Positions 28,479 through 38,986 of a stretch of 64,000 nt of DNA are shown here, one piece after another (the stretch's first letter is position 1; every line of letters begins with the position of its first letter). The notes under the pieces were generated by a model. That model was not told the DNA's origin, made no database searches, and worked only from the letters and a program-made list of their open reading frames with translations. The stretch lies in the NCBI GenBank assembly GCA_965644495.1, contig CBFFSA010000004.1:558001-622000 (forward strand), given 5' to 3'. The position numbers were made by a program, and so were the translations under genes. The stretch is from Perkinsela sp. CCAP 1560/9 (Eukaryota; Protista; Euglenozoa: Kinetoplastea).

Positions 28479-30830
28479 TTGGATATTAAACCGATCACCG
28501 CAACCGAAGAGGACATCATTACGGCGCTTTCCAGCTTTCACCGAGGTTCCTCAGGGGGAGCTCTCGGACTTCGGCCTGAGCACCTACAAGTAGCAGTGCA
28601 ATTCCATCACGACGCCAGGACAGATCCGCTCGGTACGCTCACGAAACTTATTAGTCATATGCTAGCGGGCAAAGTACCACTTGAAGTCCAACACTGCTTC
28701 GCCGGCGGACGCTTATGTGCTTTACACAAGGGTCAGGGTGATGTCCGCCCCATTGCCGCAGGGGAAACCTTCCGCCGACTAGCGAGCAAGATAGGATGTC
28801 TGTCTGCAAAGGCTAAATCCAGAACGCTCTTCAAAGATCAACAATACGGAGTGGCGACGCCCGCAGGAGCCGAGCGTGTTATCCACATTTGCAGGCGCCT
28901 GGTTGCGCACCACATCAATAACGAGGATTTTGTGCTATGCAAGGTTGACCTTCGCAACGCTTTCAATCACATTTCAAGAAATAGCTTTATGGCCTTGACA
29001 CGGCATCATTTCCCTGAGTTGAGCCCGTTCGTGGAATGGTGCTACAGTTCGGACAGTAACCTGACATTCGGCGCACGTGTAGTTCAATCCTCTGAAGGCG
29101 TACAACAAGGAGACCCGCTCGGACCCCTTTTGTTCTCGCTCGTCATGAGAGAAATGGCCGCAGAAATTAAGGCCGGAGCTCCTGATCTTCATCTCAATCT
29201 CTGGTACCTTGATGATGGCGTCCTTGCAGGCCAGGCTTCTGATGTACGTCACGCACTAGATATCATCGAAATTGGAGGGCCAAAGTGGGGTCTGAACCTC
29301 AATCCGTCCAAGTGCGAAATAATCACACACCCTTCCTCATCTCATCAAACTACCCACTTTCCTGACATTCCCGGGCTCAACATCAACATGGAAGGTAATC
29401 TGAGCATCTTGGGAAGCCCCATCGGATCTACGACGTACAGCCGTCAGTTCCTCCTCGACAGCGCGATTTCCCAGGCGGAGGAATCCCTTGAAGCGATCGA
29501 GAAACTGGAGGACCCTCAGGTCGCTTTCTCTCTCATCCGACAGTGCACAGGGTTTTGCCAGATGGTTTACTCCCTTCGCACGACGCCGACGGACGAACTA
29601 CTGGACTTATGTCGCAGACTCGACAACGCCGTTCAGCGTACGGTTGAAACGTTTTGTCGCCCACTGAGTGACATGGCTCGACGACAAGCACAAAGAAATA
29701 AACAGTTCGGCGGTCTCGGCCTTCGCTCAGCGGAAATGCATGCCACCTCAGCGTACGTAGCTTCAGTAGCTTTCGCTTCCGACAAGGATCGATGGGATGC
29801 AAATGAGGCTGAGGGCTTTTCTTACGCCGTGGAGGACATTAACCGGCGTGTAGGGGGGTGTATGGTGGACAAATCTACCGGGAAAATCCACAAGGACTCC
29901 GTCATAAAGAGATGCCCCTTCTCGCCCTCCCCCGATATTGACCTTTCTCAAGATTTGGCGATTCCTCGACAACGCGATCTCAGTCATGCGATTTCAGCGA
30001 GAGACTTTGAGGAAGATTACGCAAGAGCGGATCCCCGCACTCGGGCTAGGTGGCTCTCACAAACGGGCGACGGGGCATCCAACTGGGCCTTCACGGTTCC
30101 CTCGACTCTCTGCGGTCATGCCTACACCCCTACTGAATTTCGGACTCTGATTCGTTGGTGGCTCGGGGAGAGTATATACCCTCAAGGTCACAACTGCCCG
30201 ATTCCGAATTGTCGCCTCCCACTCGGCCCTGGGGGGGACCATGCGCTAGCCTGCAAGTGCGGCCACGGAATCATTACAAGGCACAACGCCCTAGCGGAAC
30301 AGTTCTCCGCTGAATGCAGCAAGGCCGGGTTGAGCCCACAGAGAGAAGTCTCTCTGGGAAACAGGGGTCCGGGCGGCGCCCTCACGCGACCCGCAGATGT
30401 CTATGTCCGGAACGGTGGTCTCGGTCAGGCCCTCGTCCTTGATTTCGCTGTCACACATGTTCAGCAACAAAAGTATACGGACCTGGTCCGTGATGCTAAC
30501 ATGGTGGCAGCCGGGTCATTCGCCGAGAGGTACGCCGTCGAACACAAGCGGAAGCAACGGGAGGAAGCTGAAGAAACGAAGACCAAGTTCACAGCTATGG
30601 CTGTCGAAACATACGGATGCTGGAGTCCGGCCGCTATGTCGGTCTTGCGGGAAGTCTCGAAAGGCCAAGCTGCGACCTCAGGTGGAACACTTTCGCAAGG
30701 GGGGGCGTTACAGCAAATACTAACAAGTCTGAACGTCACCCTCATGCGCTCCCAGGCGCGTATGCTCGTTCTTCGCCTCCCCTCGGCGAACACAGGCCCT
30801 GCACTTGTGGGGTATGGCAAAGAAGAGTAA
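28479..30830 (+). CDS. CRE-A RT + CCHC + RLE (N-terminally truncated, otherwise open)
   Basis: Motifs RPIAAGE, VDLRNAFN, GVQQGDPLGP, WYLDDG, GGLGL, CPIPNC..H..C and RPADV..LDFAV. Confidence 0.92.
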   Translation: MDIKPITATEEDIITALSSFHRGSSGGALGLRPEHLQVAVQFHHDARTDPLGTLTKLISHMLAGKVPLEVQHCFAGGRLCALHKGQGDVRPIAAGETFRRLASKIGCLSAKAKSRTLFKDQQYGVATPAGAERVIHICRRLVAHHINNEDFVLCKVDLRNAFNHISRNSFMALTRHHFPELSPFVEWCYSSDSNLTFGARVVQSSEGVQQGDPLGPLLFSLVMREMAAEIKAGAPDLHLNLWYLDDGVLAGQASDVRHALDIIEIGGPKWGLNLNPSKCEIITHPSSSHQTTHFPDIPGLNINMEGNLSILGSPIGSTTYSRQFLLDSAISQAEESLEAIEKLEDPQVAFSLIRQCTGFCQMVYSLRTTPTDELLDLCRRLDNAVQRTVETFCRPLSDMARRQAQRNKQFGGLGLRSAEMHATSAYVASVAFASDKDRWDANEAEGFSYAVEDINRRVGGCMVDKSTGKIHKDSVIKRCPFSPSPDIDLSQDLAIPRQRDLSHAISARDFEEDYARADPRTRARWLSQTGDGASNWAFTVPSTLCGHAYTPTEFRTLIRWWLGESIYPQGHNCPIPNCRLPLGPGGDHALACKCGHGIITRHNALAEQFSAECSKAGLSPQREVSLGNRGPGGALTRPADVYVRNGGLGQALVLDFAVTHVQQQKYTDLVRDANMVAAGSFAERYAVEHKRKQREEAEETKTKFTAMAVETYGCWSPAAMSVLREVSKGQAATSGGTLSQGGALQQILTSLNVTLMRSQARMLVLRLPSANTGPALVGYGKEE

Positions 30831-30846
30831 GGAAAACTTCTGGCCT

Positions 30847-31086
30847 GGATGTTGGTCGAGTCGACAGAGTCTATGCTCACGCCTAGCCCGCGAGGGCTAG
30901 GTACCCCAAGTGAGGTAGTACACGGGTAGTGAATCTCCTCCCCGTCGGCCAGCATCCTGTTTCGTGACCGTGTCGCTGTCGACACAGGCCCGCTCCTGCG
31001 CCCTCCTGTATAACAAGGGAAGGGTTCACAAGTCAGGCCGTGGAGAGGTCGAAAGACCCGGTCCGGAACGCGCGAATGGATTGGGC
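30847..31086 (+). ncRNA. Conserved structured 3'UTR RNA of CRE-A
   Basis: Stems GGATGTTGGTCGA/TCGGCCAGCATCC, CCTAGCCC-GCGA-GGGCTAGG and GGTC-GAAA-GACC. Confidence 0.65.
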
Positions 31087-31698
31087 ATAGATTTCTTGTT
31101 TTTATTGTTATTGTTTTTATTGTTCTTATACTTACGGGAGATCGAATTGCTAGTTTTGGGCTCCAAAAAAAAAAAACAAGACAAGAAAAAAAGAAAAAGA
31201 ACAAAGACAAGAAAAAAAAGAAAAAAAAACAAAGACAAAAAAAAAAAAAATAAAAAAGCGGACGGGGTCCTGGGGTTTGGAGGTTGTCCCTATAATTTTG
31301 GAAGGTTATGGATGTTAATCGGTTAACAGCTCTTTATTCTCACGCCTTGTTTTTTCGGAAGCAAGGTTCCCCAATGTGAGGTAGAGATGAGTAAAGGTTT
31401 CCTTTGCTCTGCGGTTAGCGCCTTAATGTTTTTTAGCCGCGTCACTGTTGACACGGCCCTACGCATCACGCCTAGTTGCTCCACACTTCTAGGTACACAA
31501 GTTGGTCTAGGGCAGAGGTTAAAAGCGTAACCTGCGTAGCTCGTGTGAGCTTGTAAAGGGCGTGGCAGTGGACTGGTCATCTATTGCTATCGTTATCCTT
31601 TTGTGAGTTCTGGGATGGTATATGAAAAATTATTTTACTATGTGATTGGGCATTTCTTTGGTTATTTATATTGATTGTGTGCCGTGTGTGTGGGCAGG

Positions 31699-32369
31699 TT
31701 GGCCGAGGGTTCCGGTGGGGGGGAATCCCGTTAACAACGTGACACATTATTATTGGTTTTATGCAGGCTTTCTTTTGAACTATGTTTGTGCATGTGAATT
31801 CTATCTATATATCGTATTATGTGTTCTTTGATTTTGGGACGATTTGGAAGTGTGATTATATTAGTCATAGGTATTTACTTATATTTCTTTGTTACTTATA
31901 AGTTTCATGGAGCCCCCTCGGCGTGGATTTCTAATAGTCCACGTTTTGAAATTTAGCCGAGGGGCTGTTATGTATTTGCCTGCTGGCCCTTCGGGGCACA
32001 TAGTTTCTTCGAATTATGATTTGTATTCAGAATTTTACATGGGATGGGTATTTACTATTATCTTATATATCCTTGTTAGGTTGTTATTTTACTTTGCTTT
32101 AAGTTTTTGTGCCCACCCACCAAGCCCCCAGCCATTTGGCCGAGGGTTCCGGTGGGGGGGAATCCCGTTAACAACGTGACACATTATTATTGGTTTTATG
32201 CAGGCTTTCTTTTGAACTATGTTTGTGCATGTGAATTCTATCTATATATCGTATTATGTGTTCTTTGATTTTGGGACGATTTGGAAGTGTGATTATATTA
32301 GTCATAGGTATTTACTTATATTTGTTTGTTACTTATAAGTTTCATGGAGCCCCCTCGGCGTGGATTTCT
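31699..32369 (+). repeat. Split direct repeats B1-A2-B2, YR copy 1
   Basis: B (31699-31932) repeats at 32136-32369; A2 (31930-32160) matches A1. Confidence 0.93.
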
Positions 32370-33819
32370 GCAATGAAATACTCGTTAGCGACTATCCGGA
32401 AAGCAAACGGAAGACGCCGCCGTCGTCGGCCGCTGGACATCTTGCAAACGGACTGCGACACGCAATCAGAACACTCGGATTCATCACAGTCACGGAACCT
32501 CGTATACAACGGCCCAGATACTGTCTCGGATAAACGCGCCATCAAGAAAGCAACAAGCCTAGTGATCGACGGCTGCGTCTCAAAAGCAACTCGCCTTCTT
32601 GATCAAGAAGTCACACCCAGAACCCTAAACGACACCCAAACGATTGAGAAGCTGCGTGCACTTCACCCGGATTTACCTACCATGTTTCAGATGCCATACG
32701 ACGCCCCAACTACTGCATGCGTCACGCCCAGTGAGATACGTGAGGCAGGACGTCGCTTAGCGAAAGGAGCAGCCCCCGGACCCACAGGTACGACAGACTC
32801 GATTTTACGAATCCTATTGGACGACGAGGTATGTTGCCTAAGTTTGTGCCACATGATAACGGACTTAATCAACGGGGAGCTCGCCGAAGAAGTCATGAAA
32901 CGCATCAAAAGGGCGAGGCTCGTAGCAGTTCCAAAACCACAGCAGGGAGTGCGCCCCATTGCGGTGGGCGAGGTTTGGTTAAAGCTAGCAGAAATTGTTC
33001 TACTTCAGCGACACGAAAAAAAACTCGTACCCCTCTTTGCACCTTATCAATTCGGTGTCATGGTGAAATCGGGATGCGAACACATCATACATAAGCTGAA
33101 TAAGCGTCACGAGAATGGTTGCGCCATACTTACAAGAGATTTGAAAAACGCATTCAATTCTCCGTCGCGGGATGAAATCGCTAAGGCTGTTTTTGCTTTC
33201 CACGGCCTCCGAGGGTTTTATCGTCTTTTTAATGCGGAATACAGGAATCCGTCAGAGCTCCTCTATTATGGCAGTGAGGGTCGGTTGAACAGCATTATAA
33301 AAAGTGCGGCGGGAGTACGCCAAGGATCTCCTTTGTCCACAATTTTCTTCTGCGCTTTCCTCCAACCCATTCTTGAAACCCTCGCCTCTGAATTCCCGAC
33401 TCTACGGATCTATGCCTACATTGACGATATCAGCATTGCGTCAACCGAGCCGGAACTTATCGCAAAAGCTTACTTCCGCCTAAGGGAACTGCTGCTCGAG
33501 AAACGAGTGGATATGGCCCCTCAAAAGTGTGTCTGGTTCGAAGGAACACAAAAAATCCCTCTTCCGAATCCATTACAAGGAGCTGGCGTGGCAACTGAAG
33601 CACAAGCGATAAAGGTTCTGGGGGCTTTTGTTGGAGAACCAGACATCGTAAGTGAGAAGCTTCTGCAAAAGCTCGAAAAGCACCAAACTATCTTCCGTCG
33701 TCTACAGCTTATGGGGGCAAGCAACGTTTCTCTCCTCCTCCTATCACGCACCTCCTGTCAACGTGCGCCACAGATATCACATTCGCGTCCACCACCCAGA
33801 CACATCATTGCACCTTACG
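32370..33819 (+). pseudogene. N1 RT core segment (frameshift near 33750)
   Basis: Motifs GAAPGPTG, RPIAVGE, DLKNAFNS, GVRQGSPLS and YIDD. Confidence 0.9.
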
Positions 33820-34566
33820 TTGATTTTTTATTAAATTTTATTAAATGGGCATGCTCACGCGTGCCATGGCGAAGAATACGGGGGTAGCTCCCGTTGTTCA
33901 ATCGCTTCCCCCCACGCGCCGCAAGAAGCTCCCAAAGGACCTGCCAGCGCCGCCGCCATCGCCACCCTCACCGCCGCCACCATCGCCGCCGCCATCGCCA
34001 CCGCATCCTCCGCCGCCGCCTCAATCACAGTCTCCGCCGCCGCCTCCATCACAGTCGCCACCGCCGCTTACGCAACAGTCACCGCCGCCACCGCCTAACT
34101 CCACACCCTCGCCGCCCCCCACCGTCGCCAACTCAAGCACTCCAAGCAAAGAATCTCCAGGCAAGAAACCGCTAGGCGAATCACCACGTAGCCAGAAGAA
34201 AAGAAGCCATCAACGTATATCTTTTTATGAATTCAAAAAGAGAATGGATACGAAACAAACGGAAGAAGAGAAAATTAAAGCGCAAGACAAAAGTGATCCT
34301 GTACAACACACCCCTCGTAATAGTCCACGTTTTGAAATTTAGCCGAGGGGCTGTTATGTATTTGCCTGCTGGCCCTTCGGGGCACATAGTTTCTTCGAAT
34401 TATGATTTGTATTCAGAATTTTACATGGGATGGGTATTTACTATTATCTTATATATCCTTGTTAGGTTGTTATTTTACTTTGCTTTAAGTTTTTGTGCCC
34501 ACCCACCAAGCCCCCAGCCGTTTGGCCGAGGGTTCCGGTGGGGGGGCTTTAAGTTTTTGTTTAAGA

Positions 34567-35967
34567 ATGAGATCCCAACGTTTGCGGGCTCCTCAGGAGC
34601 CGAGCCAGGACCGTGATCGCTCTCCAAAGCGTGACCGGGCGCCAACACCGGTTGAAACCTCCTCTTTTGCCCGTTCGAAACGCCAGTCTCTTTCATGTCC
34701 TCCCGTGCGCCCCCCTCTCCCTCCTCTTCCCACGCAGCCGGCTCCGCAGGTATCCGCGCGACCTCCTCCTGTTCCCCCTACCCCTGGACCGGCGCGTCGC
34801 AAGGTACGCCCTTCAGGAAGAGCACTCAGCCCCGCCCGCGAACCGCCTAGCCCTCTCCCTTCCAACCTCCCCAGTTTGCCGGCGAGCTCCCTCCCTAGCC
34901 CGTATCCATTTCCGCTGGAGGCTCCGGAGCCCCATGTTCGACGTAGAGGAACCCTCAACCCTGACCAGGTTGAGGCTTCTCGCTCGCCGCGCCGTTACGA
35001 GGCCCTCGACCTTGACCACGTCGGGATGCCTCAGCGTTCACGCTGTGATGCGCGTGGGATCATGACACAATCTAGCAAAGAAGAATTCATCACGAAAGTG
35101 ATTGAGCTTCTGCGCAAAGACTATGAGGTCACCGTTGAAGCTGTATGGTCTCTTCCCCGGGATGGCCTACGGCAGACGGTTATAGGGTTGGTGCATATGA
35201 CGCATCCAAAGGACCCTAACTCAACTGAGTTGTTCGCCGAGTGGGATGGGGACAAGAACACTGCCTACCGTTTTCCCCATCCCGAGATCAACTACCACTC
35301 TTTGGAACTGGCCCATGTTCGGGCGCAGATGCCGGGTGGGAAACCAGTTGAAGATCTGATCCCCACGTTTGAACGCGTCCGTATTACGGACCCGAAAGGC
35401 TTCTCCCCCTACGATCCGGTTACTTGGCAACCGTGGATCGACACGGATGATTTGTTCAAGCCACGTGAACTCATCCGTGAGCTGCGCGAAGCTCCGCAGC
35501 TTGGGGTACGCTTCAACCCGCCGCCGCAGCGTGAGCGCCTGTTCAAAATGTTAACTGAATGGGTGTACGCTGCGTGTAATACGGAGGGATGGCTAGAGAA
35601 GCACAACCTCGCCGTAGCCCTTCTCATCATCGAAGAGCTTCGCAACCATTATTGGGCTGCGGCGGGCGTTGCTGTCGAGCGTGTGCAACAGCGTTTGCAC
35701 CGTGACGACGATCCTCAGGACCGTTACGGTCAGCTCGTTGTGGATGAGCAACTGAGGGGCCGAACCGCTACGCGTGCTCCCCGACGACGCAGCCAAGGAC
35801 CTTTCTGTTTTGGCTGCCATCAGCCAGGCCACCTACGATCGAACTGCCTCCAATCGTCCCAACAGCAGGGGGGGCAGTTCCGTACCCAGTGCACCCCGCA
35901 ACAGGATTTTCGCGGCGGGGTGGTGGGCGGCGCCAACCGTTACGGCGCAACACGGGCTTTCCACTAG
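34567..35967 (+). CDS. gag-like protein with zinc knuckle
   Basis: As 24008..25408. Confidence 0.88.
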   Translation: MRSQRLRAPQEPSQDRDRSPKRDRAPTPVETSSFARSKRQSLSCPPVRPPLPPLPTQPAPQVSARPPPVPPTPGPARRKVRPSGRALSPAREPPSPLPSNLPSLPASSLPSPYPFPLEAPEPHVRRRGTLNPDQVEASRSPRRYEALDLDHVGMPQRSRCDARGIMTQSSKEEFITKVIELLRKDYEVTVEAVWSLPRDGLRQTVIGLVHMTHPKDPNSTELFAEWDGDKNTAYRFPHPEINYHSLELAHVRAQMPGGKPVEDLIPTFERVRITDPKGFSPYDPVTWQPWIDTDDLFKPRELIRELREAPQLGVRFNPPPQRERLFKMLTEWVYAACNTEGWLEKHNLAVALLIIEELRNHYWAAAGVAVERVQQRLHRDDDPQDRYGQLVVDEQLRGRTATRAPRRRSQGPFCFGCHQPGHLRSNCLQSSQQQGGQFRTQCTPQQDFRGGVVGGANRYGATRAFH

Positions 35968-38828
35968 GAAATGCCCCCCACCCCAATCACTGCTCGTGCC
36001 CGTCGTCCCAGGCGACGACGGGTGGATTTTCATACACCTGTTCCCTCTCCGTCCCTCCGCCAGCGCGAAAGACGGCCACGCGTGCGTGGCAATACTCCTC
36101 CTCCACGCCCTCTCTCCCCGTTACGGCTACGACGTCGCAGCGTCTCTCTTCCGGCACTTCCTCTCCCCCGGCTCACCGTTCCTCCCAAACCCGCCGCCGC
36201 CAAACCCGCCGCCGTCGTAACCGCCGACGCCGCACAGCCGCCAGGAAAACACCGCAAGCAGCTGCTCGAGGCCATTCTGAGGATGCCCGCCGACGATCCT
36301 CGCGCCACCCAGTTGGGCGAGGCGCTCCAGCCCATGTGGGCAACGGCCACGTGCGCCACAAGGGAGCGACTGTGGTTCCGCCTGCGCGAGTATTGCCAGG
36401 CGAAGGGAATCACCGCGAATCCTGCAAACGCGGTGCTCTTCCTGGAGACTCTGCCTCTCGCTACCTCGACGCGCATGGGGTACGCAGGGGCATTGAGGAC
36501 TCTGTTCGAGCTCATGGGAATCGAAGGTACCCCATTGAGTCTCTACGTAAAGGCCCTGCAAGCGCAGGGGGGGCTAGAACCCACGCGGCAGATGCTACCA
36601 ATCACGCCACTTCTTCTAAAGAAGCTGAGACGTCATCTCGACGTAAAGGAGAGCATGTGTTGCCTCCTGTGTTGGAAAGCCGCTGCGAGATGGACCGAGA
36701 CCGCCGACCTGAGGCGGGAGCAGTTCGTGAGTGTGGCCAGTCACGAGGTAATCATTTATTGGGGCAGGGGGACCAAGACAACCCGTCTGAATCCTTACCG
36801 GCCGTACCTCTACGCGATAGTGACTGGCCCGGGGACACCCGAACTGGCTCAGTTTGTGGGAAGTTTGAGACCAGGCCAGCGCCTGTGTTACACGACGGTC
36901 CGGGAGATGGACCACAGGATGAATCAACTTCTCGGTCCCGGGTATGGAACACATTCCATAAAAAGAGGTGCAATTACTTACCTATTCCACGAGATCTCCC
37001 TCGGGAATCTCAGGATGGAGGACGTCCAGAACCTCACGAAACACCTCAACGTCGAATCACTGTTGCGCTACAACGCAAGCAGTATTACAACGGCAAGGGC
37101 TCTCGGGACGCAGAGAGTCTCAGCACTTCTCCCAGTGCTGTAACCTCGGAGCACGTGGCAAAGTGCTTCGAGGAAGTGCCTTACCTTCGCAGGCACTCCG
37201 TTGTTTGTGCACGCCGCTCTTCACGGCTAGCCAAGGCACACGACGCTCACCTACCTTTGCACGTTAAGAAGTCGATACCTGTTATCCATTTGGATCAGGT
37301 TAAGGAGTGGATGAGTATGTCAGCTGCCACTCGTTTTCGCAAGGTAGTGGATGAATTATTATGGGTACCTAAAGCCCCGTACCCCGAACCTAGTGTGAAA
37401 GGTTCATTGCCTGAGGCGGACGTCCGATTGTTGGAGGACGCAGGCATAATCTCCAAGGTCCCGGCGCAGGAGTTGAGAAAGCGCCCATCGATGCAGTTCA
37501 TGATTCCCTTCACGGTTGTGGAGACCGATGATGAGGGCAATCAGCGCAGAAGATTTATTTCATGGACAAGGGACGATAACGATAGATTAAAATCATATGA
37601 ACCAAAGGTCCCATTATATCATCCCTCCAAGTATCTTCATAAGGCGCACGAGCCGATGGCTGTGAAGCGGGACTTCACATGCGGGTTTTACCAGATTGGT
37701 ATCCCGAAGAGGGCGCGGCCCAAATTCCGCCTTAGAACGAACAGTGGAGACGTGTATGAGATGAACGTCCTCCCGATGGGCCATAGGTGTGCACCGGAGG
37801 TTATGCACACGGTTACCGCCGCGATTGCTGGCGAGGCGTCGATTTGTTCTCAGCGCTACTCGTTTCACCGAGGCGCTATCGACGTTTATGTTGACGGAGT
37901 TCGGTTTGCAGGAACCGACTCCGAGGCCACCACGTACGCTCAATTCATTGACGAGCGTTGCGACAAAGCGAACGGTCTTTTCAAAGATCGGGGTCAGCCC
38001 CCTGTAGCACAGTACGTGTTCAATGGGGTGGCGTTCGACCATAACGCGCATACGGTCTGCCTGGGGCCGCGAGTGATCAGGAAACTGCGAGCCGACTCTT
38101 TCTTCAACATTTCCTTTGTTGACCTAGAGGCGGTGGTGGGGCGCCTCATTTATGGCTCCGCAGTTCTCCGACTCAATATGCCGCGATTTTATTTCGCTTT
38201 GAAGGTGGCGCAACGGCGTATCAACGTGTTGAACCGTTGCCCGAAGTTATGTGACCGTCCGGTCGCACTCCCTGTCGTCACTCGCTCCATGCTAGCAGAG
38301 TGGAGAAACGAGTTGTTGGAGAATGTTCCACGGTCTCCACCTCCCCATCCCGATGTTGTTCCACACAAGCATCGTCTCTACACCGATGCCTCGGTGAAAG
38401 GGTGGGGAGCGATTATGTATTTAGACAGCGGAGAGGTTTTGATTACGGGAGAGGCGTGGCCTGAGTCATCCTCGTATGAGGTGAATCGTGCGGAAGCTGC
38501 AGCAGTCCGCTTAGCCCTCGAGAAGTTTTCCGCGCATTGCCCCCGTGGAACCTGCTTGGATATTTTTGTTGACAACACCTCCTGTCAAGCTGCACTGAAC
38601 AGGAGGATCTCCAAGTCAAAGGGGGTTTCAATGGAATTGCGCGAAGTCCTGCGACTGACAGAGGAGAAAGGTATTTGTGTCAAGGCAGCGTATATATCCA
38701 CGGATGAGAACCCGGCGGATGCTGTCAGTCGCGGGAAGGAGATTGAGATGGAGAAGGTCGAGAGATACGAAGGTAAGATCGAGAGAGACATTAGTAAGGT
38801 AGGCAGTCATATTCAGAGAAAGCCCTAA
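35889..38828 (+). CDS. pol frame (-1 relative to gag): linker overprinted on YR, then RT and RNase H
   Basis: 979 open codons with KRDFTCGFYQ, LPMGHRCAP, DVYVDG, YTDAS, VDNT and NPADAVSR. Confidence 0.9.
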   Translation: MHPATGFSRRGGGRRQPLRRNTGFPLGNAPHPNHCSCPSSQATTGGFSYTCSLSVPPPARKTATRAWQYSSSTPSLPVTATTSQRLSSGTSSPPAHRSSQTRRRQTRRRRNRRRRTAARKTPQAAARGHSEDARRRSSRHPVGRGAPAHVGNGHVRHKGATVVPPARVLPGEGNHRESCKRGALPGDSASRYLDAHGVRRGIEDSVRAHGNRRYPIESLRKGPASAGGARTHAADATNHATSSKEAETSSRRKGEHVLPPVLESRCEMDRDRRPEAGAVRECGQSRGNHLLGQGDQDNPSESLPAVPLRDSDWPGDTRTGSVCGKFETRPAPVLHDGPGDGPQDESTSRSRVWNTFHKKRCNYLPIPRDLPRESQDGGRPEPHETPQRRITVALQRKQYYNGKGSRDAESLSTSPSAVTSEHVAKCFEEVPYLRRHSVVCARRSSRLAKAHDAHLPLHVKKSIPVIHLDQVKEWMSMSAATRFRKVVDELLWVPKAPYPEPSVKGSLPEADVRLLEDAGIISKVPAQELRKRPSMQFMIPFTVVETDDEGNQRRRFISWTRDDNDRLKSYEPKVPLYHPSKYLHKAHEPMAVKRDFTCGFYQIGIPKRARPKFRLRTNSGDVYEMNVLPMGHRCAPEVMHTVTAAIAGEASICSQRYSFHRGAIDVYVDGVRFAGTDSEATTYAQFIDERCDKANGLFKDRGQPPVAQYVFNGVAFDHNAHTVCLGPRVIRKLRADSFFNISFVDLEAVVGRLIYGSAVLRLNMPRFYFALKVAQRRINVLNRCPKLCDRPVALPVVTRSMLAEWRNELLENVPRSPPPHPDVVPHKHRLYTDASVKGWGAIMYLDSGEVLITGEAWPESSSYEVNRAEAAAVRLALEKFSAHCPRGTCLDIFVDNTSCQAALNRRISKSKGVSMELREVLRLTEEKGICVKAAYISTDENPADAVSRGKEIEMEKVERYEGKIERDISKVGSHIQRKP
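35971..37143 (+). CDS. Tyrosine recombinase
   Basis: R, K, H..R, H and Y motifs as in copy 1. Confidence 0.92.
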   Translation: MPPTPITARARRPRRRRVDFHTPVPSPSLRQRERRPRVRGNTPPPRPLSPLRLRRRSVSLPALPLPRLTVPPKPAAAKPAAVVTADAAQPPGKHRKQLLEAILRMPADDPRATQLGEALQPMWATATCATRERLWFRLREYCQAKGITANPANAVLFLETLPLATSTRMGYAGALRTLFELMGIEGTPLSLYVKALQAQGGLEPTRQMLPITPLLLKKLRRHLDVKESMCCLLCWKAAARWTETADLRREQFVSVASHEVIIYWGRGTKTTRLNPYRPYLYAIVTGPGTPELAQFVGSLRPGQRLCYTTVREMDHRMNQLLGPGYGTHSIKRGAITYLFHEISLGNLRMEDVQNLTKHLNVESLLRYNASSITTARALGTQRVSALLPVL

Positions 38829-38986
38829 GGGACAGGATCACCAAATACAAAAAACAAAGACAAAAAAAAAAAAAAAAAAAGCGGACGGGGTCCTGGGGTT
38901 TGGAGGTTGTCCCTATAATTTTGGAAGGTTATGGATGTTAATCGGTTAACAGCTCTTTATTCTCACGCCTTGTTTTTTCGGAAGCA

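Larger units (their letters stand above)
28437..31176 (+). mobile_element. 5'-truncated CRE-A nested in the 3'UTR of YR copy 1
   Basis: Flanked by a 106-bp duplication (28331-28436 / 31258-31363) that is single-copy in YR copy 3; poly-A from 31165. Confidence 0.92.
23757..32369 (+). mobile_element. YR retrotransposon family 1, copy 1 (with nested CRE-A)
   Basis: A1 23757-23987; B1-A2-B2 31699-32369. TCT is shared at both junctions, and excision restores the N1 ORF. Confidence 0.93.

Noticed and set aside
31921-31956. Hammerhead ribozyme at the B-A junction (CTAATAG...GAAA)
   Set aside because: The core is not CUGANGA and the stems do not form the three-way junction; it is better explained as a recombination site.
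31692-32005. HDV-like ribozyme (GGCAGGT pairing with GCCTGCT, then GG and a UUCG hairpin)
   Set aside because: No P3/L3 with the CC needed for P1.1, and no convincing P2.
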